Positions 13,320 to 28,207 are shown, counted from the stretch's first letter. The stretch is 64,000 bases of DNA from Octopus vulgaris (GCA_951406725.2 OX597821.1:31496001-31560000); one strand, 5' to 3'. Translations and numbers: made by a program. Notes: generated from the letters alone by a model not told the origin.

Positions 13320-14830
13320 GATGATGGTCTATTCAAACGTTGAGAAAAATGTTCTACTCAACTCTTATGAATAGAAGCGGTGTCAGTCAGAAGCAAACGT
13401 CCATTTGCTGTTCTCACTGGATCTATTGAAAAAGATTAGATTGATGCCATTTTAGTCTCCTTGTATAAATCGGTGCCAAATGATCTGTATGGTAATTTTC
13501 ATGGGATTTTGCTTTTGTCTGTGGTTGCAAAGGTACTTGCACGCATTTTGTTAGAACGTTTAAATACCTTCATATTTCTAAATATAATGTCTGAGTTGGT
13601 GTAGTTTTCGTTCCTACAGGGGCACAGCTGATTGTATCTTTACTATCAGACAATTGCAAGCAAAGTGCACTGAACAGATTCATGCTCTATACCATTGCTA
13701 TCTTGATTTGAGCAAAGCATTCGATAGGTTACCCAGAAAAAAATTGTAAACACGATCATGTTTTTGTATCAAAGTATGGAAGCTAGAGTTAACTTTTTGG
13801 GAGGCACTCTGGACCTTTTGCCGTGGAAAAGCAATGGGACTTTGATGCACCCACCCTCTTTGCAATATACCTTGCTGATGCGTTGTCACATGCTTTTCAA
13901 ACCTTTTGAGGAGGGTGTTTACATAAAATATCGAACAACAAGGAACTTTTTTAATCCTACCAGTCTGAAATTCGAAACGAAGGTTTTTACTTCACTCATT
14001 AGAGAACTTTTATACGCTAACGATTACAATCCTGTCAGTCATTCTGAAACTGGTCTGCAATCTCTTATATCTGCGTCTGACTCAGCTTCTGATCATTTTG
14101 GCTTGACCATCAACTTGAAGAAAATAAAAACAGTTGTAATGCATGTGGTGCTGATTGTAACTACACTAAAATTTTTGTTAAGGGTAAGTTACATGACATG
14201 AGGCTGTCTATTCGTTTATCTACTTTGGAAGCTCTGTATAAAATGATGGAAATCTTGATAGACAAATAAATCTGCGAATTCAAAGAGCATCAAATGCATG
14301 TGTTGGTTTGGAGTCAGCGAAATATAATTAAGAATATAAAACTGGCTCTTTACAAATATTTTGTCTTACCATCCCCTGTTGAATTATTTTGAAACATGGA
14401 CTTGTTATAAAAGGCATTTTAAATTGATAGAACAATTCCACCAAGAATCCCTTCATCGCATTTTAAACATTAAATGAAGTTCTTTTAATCAAAACACGGA
14501 TATCCTTGCATCTGCGGGCATCACTTCAATTAAAGTTATGATTCTGAGGAACCAAATGAGATAGTGCGGCGATATTATTCGAAAGGCGGGCGAAGGCATG
14601 CTACAAAGGCTTCTCTATGGTGAGCTTGCAGAGGGGAAACGCTATCGACGTAAACCAAAAAATAATTTTATGGACAGCATAAGGACTACAATAAAATCAC
14701 TTGGAATGGATCTAGAAGACATAGAAACGTTTGCTTTGGATCGAGCTGTATGGCAAAAAAGTGTAGTGTGGCGTGGAAGCATTTGAAAGGGCCACAACGC
14801 ATGTAAGACTCGAATGAGATCTAAGGGAGA
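13320..14830 (+). mobile_element. Decayed RTE (BovB-like) LINE RT to C-terminus
   Basis: LLSVVAKVLARILL, IFTIRQLQAKC, YLDLSKAFDR, IRELLYAND, FGLTINLKK, LLYGELAEGKR, ALDRAVW; stops and frameshifts. Confidence 0.92.
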
Positions 14831-14945
14831 ATGCTACGATCGAGAAGGTGAATTACATTGACCTTCTTATGTGCACAGTTTATATGTGTGTGTGTGTGCC
14901 GGTGTCTATATATAGGTATATATATATATATATATATATACGTAA

Positions 14946-15305
14946 GCACAGGTGTGTACGTACGCCGCTATATGTATATATAAATATTCTTAAAAAGTGG
15001 GACAAAAACGCAATAAAGGACAATAAAATATTCAGACAGATAGGTGATACACGGGCGGACAGGAAAAACAACTAGAGGGACTGGAAAAAAAAGAACGGGT
15101 CATTCTTCATTCTTCAGTCATGCTACCAGATGCTCTTATATCTGGATACTTATTGTGTCACACTCAATCTCCCCAAGATCTACGTAAACTGTACACGTGT
15201 CTGAGGAGTGCTCAGCCACTTATACATTACTTTCAGGAGCAGGCTGTTCCGATGATCGGATCAAATGGAACTCATGCCGTCGTAACCGTCGGAGTTCTAC
15301 GTCGT
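14946..15305. repeat. Dispersed repeat inside (TA)n, homologous to 12497-12670
   Basis: See 12497 entry. Confidence 0.65.
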
Positions 15306-15332
15306 TACATATGTATGTATATATATATATAA

Positions 15333-15394
<62 letters not shown>

Positions 15395-15440
15395 ATGAGC
15401 ATATATACATATATATGTATATATATACATATGTATATAT

Positions 15441-15802
<362 letters not shown>

Positions 15803-18002
15803 AGTGATATATAACTATCGTTATATACTCATGTATAGACTTGCGTGTGCGTGAGAGTGTTTGCATGTTTGAGGAGGAACGCTCGTCTTGAAACCATGCA
15901 CTGGATTTAAGTGTGAGCGTGATAGTAACTCACTATATATACACAGTGATATCATGAAGTGATCCTCAGTTTCATATATCTGCAGAGAATTTGACACAAC
16001 TCATTACATTTTAATGCGCTTATTTTTATCAATTTCATGAGTTTAAACGCAAATTAGTTTTAAGCTTATATCATTTAAGAAAAGAAATGCAAATTTTACT
16101 ATAAAAGTTCTAAAAAGCGCATAATAAATACATACACATACATACATAAACATATATATATATATATACATGCGAACGCATTCACACATAACTATATATG
16201 TATGTACTTATGTACAAATGCACGTAGATAGTGAACAAATCCATATGAGTGCAAATTTACATTACTTCTTTTCATCTTTTTATATATATTAAAAGACAAA
16301 ATGTATTTCTAAATTTTGTAAGCAGAGTGCGTGAAATTGTACATAGAAAGTTATTATATTCTGTGGAAAGAGGTTTCTGTGTATGATATTTATATTCTTA
16401 ATGATATTACCAAGGCATTCAAGGCATAATTATCTTTATCGGCAAATATTTTTATACTCATAAACTAAATTACATCTAAACAGTAAGTGCAATCTCTATA
16501 CCTTCAGACCTGTAAACGCCTTCATTGAATCTGTACACTCATTCAGCTCGAAATTGATTAAATATCAGTTAATCAAGAGTTCGTGGTCAATGTTGGTTAG
16601 AACTTCCATTGGTTAATTGAAACAATGCACTAGCATTTTAAAACGTAATTTATTTTTTAATGCAAAATTAAAATGCGTCTAAAATTGAAAAATGTTGGCT
16701 TAGAAGTTATCAAATAATTAATGCAATCTAAATCTTGTTCTATATTGATTTGAAATTGCAACACTGATGTCTCTGGCTTTCATTTTTCCGACGTCGAACG
16801 CATATCCGTTATATCTTATCATTCTATCTACGACAAAGTCAATCGATGTGCACACCGCGTCCAAGCGCTTATAATTGAGGTACGCAGTTACAGAATAATT
16901 AAAAGAATCGTGTATGCTGAAACGTGAGTAGTGAAACGTCAACCACTTCATCTAATTTGTTTTATGTTTCATTGGAAAATTTAGTGCATTTTCTTAACAA
17001 CATTTCGCAATAGTTTTGTGTGCGCGTTTATAAATATACACCGACATTCGCCCAAACACATGTTCATGCAAATAACCGTTTTTATATATTGATATAAATA
17101 TTATTATAGAGTATTTCTTTCCTAGTAATTCGAATTATTTGTCTATTCATTCTAATTTGAACGTTTGTCAGTATTATATAGCAATTTCACTGATGTAATA
17201 ATTTTCTATATTGTTAATTTATACGTTCTTTATTGGACAAAATTAAACATCGTTGATTCACGTTGCCATTAACAATTTTCATTGTATTTGAACTTATTGA
17301 GGCTCCGTTAGAATTCTTCTCTTGTACTACCAGTGTTATGTATAATGTATGCGGCTAAGTTACATAAGGAGAGGCAACATTTGAGTTTTACATTGCTTTG
17401 GAAGATGCACATCATGCGTATCATTTGTTCGATTCACGGTTTCACTGAACGCCACAGGCGTTCAAACATACTTACGTATGGTTCAGGGGGTGTTTATTTG
17501 CTTTGAATTGTATCACATTTTGCTTACTCCTTTACAGAGACAGGATGTAGTAAGATTGCTCAGAACTGGTGATTTATGTACAATTCTTAAAAGTTTAGAA
17601 CGCATTGTGGTCTTCCTGAAAATAAAGAAGTTACAAGTCGCATGTATACACATTTTAAAAACGATTTTCAATTTTTCAATAGTAATGGTTACTTCTTTTC
17701 CTGATGCCACTATACGACATTTATAAAGGAAAACGTTTAAGTTAACATTTAAATTACAAAAGTTATATTGCTTAGGTGAACCAATTTCCTTTCGAATAAG
17801 GAAAATAAGTGTTATAGATTTTCCGAGTAAATATAAATACAAAAATAATGCGATTTGAATGTTTGAAAAATTTTTTAATAAAAATACAGCAACAATATTT
17901 TATATGAATTAGCATTCACACAGAGAGAAATATAATTATGACAGTTAAGACTAGAAAGAAAAAATATATAATTTTATCAGAATAAATGAAGTCATATATA
18001 TG

Positions 18003-18037
<35 letters not shown>

Positions 18038-18229
18038 GCGTGCATAGTAGTTACTATGTATACGCTTCACGTTCGTAATATCGTGGATTTTATTTCTGGC
18101 GGCGCTTTGAGATGCTGTGCAAAACACTATATTTGAAGTTGCCCCAGTCGGTTCAGCTGGGAAATATGTGTTGTACCTGTAGTTCAAAGAACGAGGCATG
18201 TCGCACTTTGTATATGAATATATATAAAT

Positions 18230-18365
18230 ATAGGTACAGGTGTAACTGTGAGCTAAGAAGCTTCCTTTCCAACCGCATGTTTCCAGGCTTATTCCTACTG
18301 TATGGCAATTAGGGACAACCAAAGCCTAGCGAGTGGTAGAAGGAAACTGAAAGTAGCCCGTGGTA
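18230..18365 (+). mobile_element. Degenerate family-3 SINE 5' fragment
   Basis: caaccaaagcc...gagtgg...gtagaaggaaactgaaagtagcccgt matches the reverse complement of 31935-31990. Confidence 0.65.
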
Positions 18366-18769
18366 TATATGTATGTCACGGGCTACTATATTCTTCCTTC
18401 CATAATGTGCGAATAATAATCATTATTTAAGTAACATCAAATATGGTAATCCTTAAAACACTAGTAAATTTGATTTTCATTACTATACCACTGCCCAAAC
18501 ACGAATAAATAAGGAAAATATACTTATTCAAAAAATTAGAACGTAACTCAACATACTCTAACATATCTCCCAGGTACACATCCACAGCAAACACACATAG
18601 ATGTAGAAACACACTCAAATACAATGCAAAACTCCCACACAAGCACACACACATACGTACACACATGTGCATAAACACCATATCTCCACGTTCGAGCACA
18701 AACCCACACACATGCCAAGAAAAACACGTACACATATACACATGCAATACGATTCTAGTTATCCCAACC

Positions 18770-18950
18770 AATACTGTCTGTGATAATCATCGAAGCATCT
18801 GTCCGTTAGGGCTTGCTTGGAAGTTTCTTTGTAAGGGAATGCTGGACAGTTTGTTTCTGCACGTTGCTGGCAAGGTTCTACTAAAATCGCAATGTGGCTA
18901 TATGGAGAGTAGAAGTACTATCTATATGATATTTTCACCTAGACAATTAC
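18770..18950 (+). mobile_element. RTE LINE RT fragment abutting the satellite
   Basis: NHRSICPL...KVLLKSQCGYMESRSTIYMIFSPRQL resembles RTE NYRGISLL...ESQCGFR..RSTIDMIF..RQL. Confidence 0.75.
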
Positions 18951-19700
18951 CTAGAAATAACAGTCAAATCTCTTTCGAATCATACCATCACTTAAAGGAA
19001 GGAAACTTTCGATATTGCAGGTTTGGGTACAAACGATTACCTAGAAATAGCATGCAAATCTCTTTCGAATCACATCATCACTTAAAGGAAGGACACTTTC
19101 GATATTGCAGCTTTGGGTACAGACGATTACCTAAAAATAGCAGTCAAATCTCTTTCGTATGACATCATGTCTTAAAAGAAGGACATTTTCGATAATGCAG
19201 ATTCGGGTACACACCATTACCTAGAAATAGCAGTCAAATCTCTTTCGAATCACACCATTACTAAAGGGAAGGACACTTTCGATATTGCAGCTTTGGGTAC
19301 ACACGATTACCTAGAAATAACAGTCAAATCTCTTTCGAATCACACCATGTCTTAAAGGAAGGACACTTTCGATATTGCAGCTTTGGGTACACACCAGTAC
19401 CTGGAAAGAGCAGTCAAATCTCTTTCGAATGACACCAATCCTTAAGGGAAGGAAACTTTCGAGATTGCAGCTTTGGGTACACACGATTACCTAAAAATAG
19501 CAGTCAAATCTCTTTTCAATCACATCATGTCTTAAAGGAAAGAAACTTTCGGTATTGCTGCTTTGGGTACACACGATTGCCTAGAAATAGCAGTCAAACC
19601 TCTTTCGAATCACACCAATTCTTAAAGGAAGGACACTTTCGATATTGCAGCTTTGGGTACACACGATTACCTAGAAATAGCAGTCAAATCTCTTTTGAAT
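18941..19700. repeat. 90-bp tandem satellite, left block (~8.4 copies)
   Basis: Unit ACACGATTACCTAGAAATAGCAGTCAAATCTCTTTCGAATCACACCATGTCTTAAAGGAAGGACACTTTCGATATTGCAGCTTTGGGTAC starts at 18941, 19031, 19121...19661. Confidence 0.97.
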
Positions 19701-22700
19701 TTACACTAGCGGGCAGTTGATCGAATTTATCTAGGGGACAGTTGATCGAATTTACACTAGTGGACAGTTGATCGAATATACACCAGTGAACAGTTGATCG
19801 AATTTACACTAGGGGACGGTTGATCGAATTTACACTAGTGGAAAGTTGATCGAATTTACACTAGTGGACAGTTGATCGAATTTAGACTAGTGGACAGTTG
19901 ATCAAATTTACACTGGTGGACAGTTGATCGAATGTTCGCTAGTGGACAGTTGATCGAATTTACACCGGTGGACAGTTGATCGAATTTTCACTAGTGGACA
20001 GTTGATCGAAATTTCACTAATGGACAGTTGATCGAATTTCACTAGTGGACAGTTGATCGAATTTACACAAGTAGACAATTGATCGAATTTTCACTGGTGG
20101 ACATTTGATCGAATTTTCACTGGTGGACATTTGATCGAATGTTGACTAGAGGATAGTTGATCGAATTTTCACTGGTGTACATTTGATCGAATGTTCACTA
20201 GAGGACAGTTGATCGAATTTAGACTGATGTACAGTTGGTCAAATGTTCGATAGTGGACAGTTGATCGAATTTACACCAGTGGACAGTTGATCGATTTTCA
20301 CCAGTGAAGAGTTGATCGAATGTTCACTAGTGGACAGTTGATCGAATTTACACAGTTTATCGAATTTACACAAGTGGACAGTTGATCAAATTGTCACTGG
20401 TGGACAGTTGATCGAATTTTTACTGGTGGACTGTTAATCGAATTTAGACTAGTATTCAGGTGATCGAATTTTCACCAGTGGAGAGTTGATCGAATTTACA
20501 CAGGTGGACAGATGATCGAATTTAGACTAGTGGACAGTTGATCGAATTTTCACTGGTGGACATTTGATCGAATGTTGACTAGAGGAGAGTTGATCGAATT
20601 TACATATGTGGATAGTATATCGAATTTTATCTAGTGGACAGTTGATCGAATTTACACCAGTGGACAGTTGATCCAATTTTCACTAGCTGTCATTTGATCG
20701 AATTTTTGCCAGAGGACAGTTGACCGAATGGACAATTGATCGAATTTAGACTAGTGTTCAGTTGATCGAATTTTCACTAGTGGACAGTTGATCGAATTTA
20801 CACCAGTGGACAGTTGATCGAATTTTCACTAGTGGACAGTTGATCGAATTTTCACTAGTGGACAGTTGATCGAATTTACACTAGTGGACAGTTGATCGAA
20901 TTTAGACAAGCGTACAGTTGATCGAATTTTCACTGGTGGACAGTTAATCGAATTAGACTAGTGTTCAGGTGATCGAATTTTCACTAGTGGAGAGTTGATC
21001 GAATTTACACAGGTGGACAGATGATCGAATTTAGACTAGTGGACAGTTGATCGAATTTTCACTGGTGGACATTTGATCGAATGTTCGCTAGTGGACAGTT
21101 GATCGAACTTACACAAGTGGACAGTTGATCGAATTTTCACTAGTGGACAATTGATCGAATTTAAACCAGCGGACAATTGATCGAATTTTCAATAGTGGAC
21201 ATTTGATCGAATTTTTGCTAGAGGACAGTTGATCGAATTTACACTCGTGGACAATTGCTCGAATTTAGACTAGTGGATAGTTGATCGTATGTTCGGTAGT
21301 GGACAGTTGATCGAATTTACACCAGAGGACAGTTGATCGAATTTTCACTAGTGGACAGTTGATCGAATTTACTCAAGTGGACAGTTGATCAAATTTTCAC
21401 TAGTGGACTGTTGATCGAATGTTCACTAGTGGACAGTTGATCGAAATTACACAGTTGATCAAATTTACACAGGTGGACAGTTGATCGAATTTTCACTAGT
21501 GGACAGTTAATCGAATTTACACAAGGGGACAGTTCATCGAATTTTCTCTAGTGGACAGTTGATCGAATATACACCAGTGGACAGTTGATCGAATTTTAAC
21601 TAATTGTCATTTGATCGAATTTTTGCGAGAGAACTGTTGATCCAATTTACACCGCTGGAGAGTTGATCGAAATTTCACTAGTGGACAGTTGATCGAATTC
21701 ACACCGGTGGAGAGTTGATCGAAATTGCACTCGTGGACAGTTGATCGAATTTACACAAATGGACAGTTGATCGAATTTTCACTAGTGGACAGTTGATCGA
21801 ATTTACACCAGTGGACAGTTGATCGAATTTTCGTTAGTGGACAGTTAATCGAATGTTCGTTAGTGGACAGTTGATCGAATTTTCCCTAGTGGACAGTTGA
21901 TCGAATTTTCACTGGTGGACAGTTGATCGAATTTTCACTAGTGAACAGTTGATCGAATTTAGACTAGCGGACAGTTGATGGAATTTAGACTAATGGACAG
22001 TTGATCGAATTTTCACTGGTGGACAGTTGATCGAAAGTTCGCTAGTTACAGTTGATCAAATTTACACCAGTAGACAGTTGATCGAATTTTCACTACTAGA
22101 CAGTTGATCGAATTTTCACTAGTTGTCATTTGATCGAATATTTGCTTGAGGTCAGTTGATCGAATTTACACAAGTGGACTGTTGATCGAATATACATCAG
22201 TTGACAGTTGATCGAATTTTCACTAGTTGTCATTGATCGAATTTAGTGGACAGTTGATCGAATTTTCACTAGTGGACAGTTGATCGAATTTACACAAGTG
22301 AACATTTGATCGAATTTTCACTAGTGGACAGTTGATCGAATTTTCACTAGTGGACAATTGATCGAATTTAGACTAGTGGACAGTTGATTGAATTTTCACC
22401 AGTGGACAGTTGATGGAATGTTCTCTAGTGGACAGTTTATCGAATTTACACCAGTGGACAGTTGATCGAATTTTCCTTAGTGGACAGTTGATCGAATGTT
22501 CGTTAGTGGACAGTTGATCGAATTTTCACCAGTGGACAGTTGATCGAATTTTCACTAGCGGATAGTTGATCGAATTTTCACTAGTGACCAGTTGATCAAA
22601 TTTACACTAGTGGACAGTTGATCGAATTTAGACTAATGGACAGTTGATCGAAATTTCACTGGTGGACAGTTGATCGAATGTTCGCTAGTTACAGTTGATC

Positions 22701-23127
22701 AAATTTACTCCAGTAGACAGCTGATCGAATGTTCACTAGTAGACAGTTGATCGAATTTTCACTAGTTGTCATTTGATCGAATATTTCTTAGAGGACAGTT
22801 GATCGAATTTACACAAGTGGACTGTTGATCGAATTTTCAGTAGTGGACAGTTGATCGAATGTTCTCTAGTGGACACTTGATCGAATTTACGGCAGTGGAC
22901 AGTTGATCGAATTTTCCCTTGTGGATAGTTGATCGAATATTCGTTAGTGGACAGTTGATCGAATTTACACCAGTGGACAGTTGATCGAATTTTCACTAGT
23001 GGACAGTTGATTGAATTTTCACTAGTGAACAGTTGATCGAATATGCACCAGTGGACAGTTGATCGAATTTTCGCTATTGTCCGGTTGATCGAATTTATAC
23101 TAGTGGACAGTTGATCGAATTTTCACG
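19697..23127. repeat. 26-bp tandem satellite (~130 copies)
   Basis: Unit GATCGAATTTTCACTAGTGGACAGTT; period 26 (e.g. gttgatcgaa at 19741 and 19767). Confidence 0.98.
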
Positions 23128-23458
23128 AGCTTTGTGTACACACGATTACCTAGAAATAGCAGTCAAAGCTTATTCGAATCACACCATGTCTTAAAGGAAG
23201 GACACTTTCGGTATTGCAGCAATGGCTACACATAATTACCTAAAAATCGCACTCAAATCTTTTTCGAATCACACCATGATTTAAAGGAAGGTCACTTTCG
23301 ATATTGCAGCAATGGGTACACACGATTACCTAGAAATATCAGTCAAGTCTTTTTCGAATCACACCATGATTTAAAGGGAGGGCACTTTCGATATTGCATC
23401 TTTGGGTACACACGATTAGCTAAAAATAGCAGTCAAATCTCTTTCGAATCACACCATG
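23128..23458. repeat. 90-bp tandem satellite, right block (~3.7 copies)
   Basis: Same unit and orientation as the left block. Confidence 0.97.
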
Positions 23459-23644
23459 CGCATCACCATACATACGACTTTCACTCTGTCACCCCCTATT
23501 CTCAGTACTTGCCGCTTCCAACCATTTTTGAACTCTTGAACTTTTTAGAATCTTATCCATCCAACCAATTTTGACGTCACTGCTTATAACGGAATATTTT
23601 AAAGAATCACTCATTATTACTATGGACTCCGTGTGGGCAGTCAT

Positions 23645-23815
23645 CTAAAAGATTTTGTTCGTCATGATGTTGACATAACTTCCTTGTCATTCCTGATTAG
23701 AAGACGCCATAATGCACCCTTTATTCCTTCGGAATTAAGAATATGCAGTCTTCGAAAATTGTGTCGAGAATAAAGGAATTTTGTTAAATCGTCGTTCGAC
23801 TCCATTCTTTCATTT
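23645..23815 (+). mobile_element. Dispersed module with degenerate HHR, inverted homologue of 37410-37580
   Basis: TTC-CTGATTA-GAAGAC...GTCTTC-GAAAATTGTGTC-GAG; G8 lost. Confidence 0.7.
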
Positions 23816-26800
23816 ATCAATAGTAAAACAACACAAATTTCCACACGAAAGCACGTGATTGCTGCCCTTGGCATGTAGCTTCAACCGTGCTTTCTGACGT
23901 AAATTTGCTACCTGGGTATCGGTTAACCGATTTATCCATACAATCGACCGCGGAATGATGATAGATATGCATAAAATAATAAAATAGGCAATATGTGTAC
24001 ACACCTAGAACGTTGCTGGTTGTAATGTTTTGTCGCAAACAAACTTCCCTTAAGTTATTTAAATTAAAACCAAAGGGCTTGCTTAGAATGTCTTCGGTGC
24101 ATACTCACTTTATTTGATCCTCGCTTTAACAGACCACACCATCATCAGACTTCATGTGTTCAGTTAAACTCTTCGTTCCGATATAGAATTTGGGAAAAAA
24201 GTTATACACTGTCTAGTGAAATCTAGCGGATGTTACTGTTAGACAAACCACCATTGTAAGTTTACATACACAACATATTTTTTAAACGTATATTTATTTT
24301 CGTTTTTAGTTCCGTGTTTAGAACTTATATTTATCTATTTAATTATCTCTAATCTCGCCTGTTTTTACAAAAAAACATTGAAATTACTTCTGTGTTTATT
24401 TGTATATGGAAACGTCTAATTTTTTTAGCTCCGACATTCACCATTGAGGATAACAAGTCAAGGTTAAATAATAATGTCTTCCGATCGGTAGATTGGAAGA
24501 CACTAACATTGCCGTTAGAACAGCAGAAATAATGAGTAAAATACCCTTGTTTCTATCGTACAATACACATTCTAACGCTTCTACCAAAAACAAATGTGGG
24601 TTTATTTATATTTGCACACTTGGTTCTTCAAGAAGCTATTTAGCGTCCCAAATCGGTGGATTAGGTGTCAACGGGCAGTTTAGCTTAGTGGTATAGCACA
24701 CAACGTGTGTCTTAGAGGATACGTTTTCTGCTCCCATGGCTGTTGACGACTTTTCACCACCCTCTAAGGGTTAATTTACCCATTATTTCCGCTGTTCTAA
24801 TAGCAATATAAACTTCGAAAATTTATCACCTTGTTTGTATCGTAAACTCTCCACATACAATAGCTTATTACGCTGTTTCTCCATTTTATATTCAACAGTG
24901 AACACATACTCTCCATCACATATAGACATGGAATACCTATGCATGCACACGAACAGTAATGCAACTTATGGCTTATTACTGCTTATGTGTATAATCCAAA
25001 ATGACGAGAGCGAAATATTATTCTCATACACACAAATATACACACAGCCTACACATATTTGCATACATCCAGCATTTATTGTTACCAAAACCCCCCAAGA
25101 ATGTCTTTAACTTAGAGAAAAGCACCACGTCAATCCGCTAGTGAACGACCTGAATTAGATGAAGGAAAACACTCGTTCTAAACCCAAATATATATGCCTG
25201 CACATATATCTATATCGTATGAATTTAATCATGTGTATTAGGTATAATTATGTATATATATATATATATATATTTATAAAATTGATGAGTTACTTTCTTA
25301 TATCCGTCGTTTCAAACGCAATATATGCAGATTTGTAACAATTATTGTAAATGTTAAAGTTACAAGACAATCTGTTCCAATTTAAAATGTAATGCGGTTG
25401 TCTTAATTTTATTATTTCTGCTATGTTTCAGTCATATGAAAAATCTCAAAATCTCAAACATTTTATGGTTTATATAACCTAAGTTGATTGACATTTAAAT
25501 CTATCCTCCTTTCATATTTTATAGATGTCTGTGATCAGTAGCCTGAAATATTTTGTTGTAGATATTAAAAGTAATGAAAATACTTGTGGTTGATATTAAA
25601 TGAAAATCATTATTTTGAAATAGATTTTATACTTGAGATATTTCATTGAGGTTTTGAATTTGTATTAATGCGAGCTTCTAAAGTAATTCTAAATGGTTTC
25701 CTAACTACTAATATTCGTGCAGCCAAAAAGGAAGTTATGCTTCCTACAACATGGAAAGGCAAGCTAAACAATGTAGGTTATTGAAAATTTTGTTTTTTTA
25801 ATTTAACTTACGTGAATTCTAATTTAGTATCCAGTACCTCTCAAGGCTGAAAAATATTTCAGCGAATAAATGAAATGTATTTTTTTAGGAGAAGTTACAA
25901 CTAATCTCATGATAACATGAATCTATTTGTGTTGAAGTGAACCATTTTTTGCAACAATTCTTCCATCTACTGATATACTATTGTTTCACTCAATATCTCC
26001 ATGGATATATTTTCAACTATCCTACTGAATCAGACTTCATACATTTTGCGATACAATAATCAGATGGCGTTTGGTTTTCAAGTCTTCATTGAGTAAATGC
26101 TTTCATATGGGAGCTCAATATCATTAACTCGGTATGTGACATGGCATGCAAAAACTGGATTCTTATTTTAATACCCAATTTATATAGTCATATATATGAT
26201 ATAACATCAAAGTGTAACGTTGTTAAACTATCCATAACAAAACCAATGTTATTGTTTCAACACAGTCGTGGAATGTAGGTATTTACGAAAATAAATATAT
26301 TTGTAAATATACCGAAATGTTCTATAAAAAAACGCCTTCCACTCAAGAGAGGGGAAATTAATATGTAACTTATTCAGAGTACTTTAAATTGAACCGTGGC
26401 AATGAAATTAATTTTGCTTTAATTTCAGACTTACCTATGTAGTGTTGTTTTTTCTGGCTTAGCTGTCATATTATTAAGAGGGAGAAAGCAAAGTAAATCG
26501 TAATAAAATTTGGAATATCTTCGAATGTTACTGATAATACCCGAACCGAAAAAAAGAGCTGTGAGACTCGTATATAGGAAATTGGGTGTATGTGAAAAAA
26601 ATTAAGAACTAAAAACTGCCTGAAAGCTATAGGAAACTTGGAAGGGCTGCCTCACGCTGATAAATTTAAAGGCTGAAGAGGGCAGAATAATAGAAACCCA
26701 AATGTAAGGCTTACTCGGCCGCGAAATATTTTTACCACGAGAGTTACAGTCCCCAATAATGAACTCATTTGCATGCAGCTAATCCGTGCTCACCTTGACC

Positions 26801-28135
26801 TTTTTGTCAAGTTAACAAAGGTTGACATTCAAACTGATGACCTCCGATTGCCATGCAAATCTTGTATTGTGCAGTCATTTGGATGCCAATATCATTGATT
26901 TTGAACACATACACTGGTTAGTGATAAGTTTGAATTACTATAGCAATCAAAGATAACATTTTTGAGGAATATAAAAGTACGGAAACCGCTTGAAGGTCTT
27001 ATAAATACGCATTGATCCATTGATACGAATTATCGACGTGTGTGCATTGTTTATGCATCTTTGGCTATCCGAGTGCCACATATGCATTTTCCTGTGATCT
27101 TCAGCGAAAAACGAGGTTTTATTCATTTTATGAGCTTTTGTTCAAGAAACCAAACAAATGACAACGCAAATAACATAGAGTCAGCCATGGTTGAAACAAA
27201 AACAAGAACAAGAAGTATTATTAAAAGAGAAAAGATGTTCATTCCTTACCCGAGTGACCTTATCTCATCGCCCATCAGTTTTTATGTGATCATAAATTAG
27301 ATTGGTAGTTGAGGTCTGGCTGGCTGTAAGCAAATGAGTTCATAACGTGTCTGGAACTCTCTTGGGAAAAGAAATTTCGCTACCCAGCCTCTATACTAAA
27401 TCCTTCAATCTAAGTGCACATTCTAATGTATACCTTCATCTGAGAGAGATAACTTACAATGAAAATTCATAAGATCCGTCTCTAGGTTACATCAATAAAC
27501 AAATAAAACATATTCCACCCTCTCCAACAATGTGTTTCAAAATATAAGGATTCGACATTCCTCATACAAAGTACACAATATTCACAGAACAGATGAAACT
27601 ATAAAAATATTCTGTCACCATTTGTAAACAGGAAATTTCTTAAAATGTCACCTTCTGTGCATATATATATATTCCGAGGTAACTATTTTAAAATGAAATT
27701 ACGTTACAATGTATGTATACAGTACAATAAAAGACAGCGGGTTATGTATTATATTTCGTGATATTTGTGATATTGTGCAGCATTTTCTTTTTATTTCCAT
27801 AAGACTAGTTTAAATAGGAATGCATTGCTTCTAAGAAGCGTCACACTGATCAAAATACTCACTAAACATGCATTTTAAAGGAGAATTATGGTATATTTTA
27901 TACACGAGGTACATTACAAGGCAGAACTATAATTTTTATTTCATGATCCTTATTTAAAAGCATTTGTATATCTATATTTTTTACAAAAGAATTTCCAAAG
28001 AAAGTATACTGATTACCTAAGGGATGTTATGCTGTTCAGAAAACTTTATTATCGCAATCTTCTCTGTAAAGCTTACCACGCATCATAATATATAGTTTGC
28101 TTTTATCAAAATAATTTGCTACGACTTCGTTAATA

Positions 28136-28138
28136 ATG

Positions 28139-28207
<69 letters not shown>
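28136..28207. repeat. (AAT)n microsatellite
   Basis: Direct read. Confidence 0.97.

Noticed and set aside
12497-15110. LTR pair flanking an RT
   Set aside because: The direct repeats are short, diverged and lack TG...CA ends, and the internal RT is a non-LTR RTE type
18941-19700. C2H2 zinc-finger tandem array
   Set aside because: Period is 90 rather than 84, no CxxC...HxxxH or TGEKP in the frames read, and stops are present
19697-23127. CRISPR-like array
   Set aside because: Units are contiguous 26-mers; the variable part is only point variants of one sequence, with no unique spacers, no cas genes and a eukaryotic context
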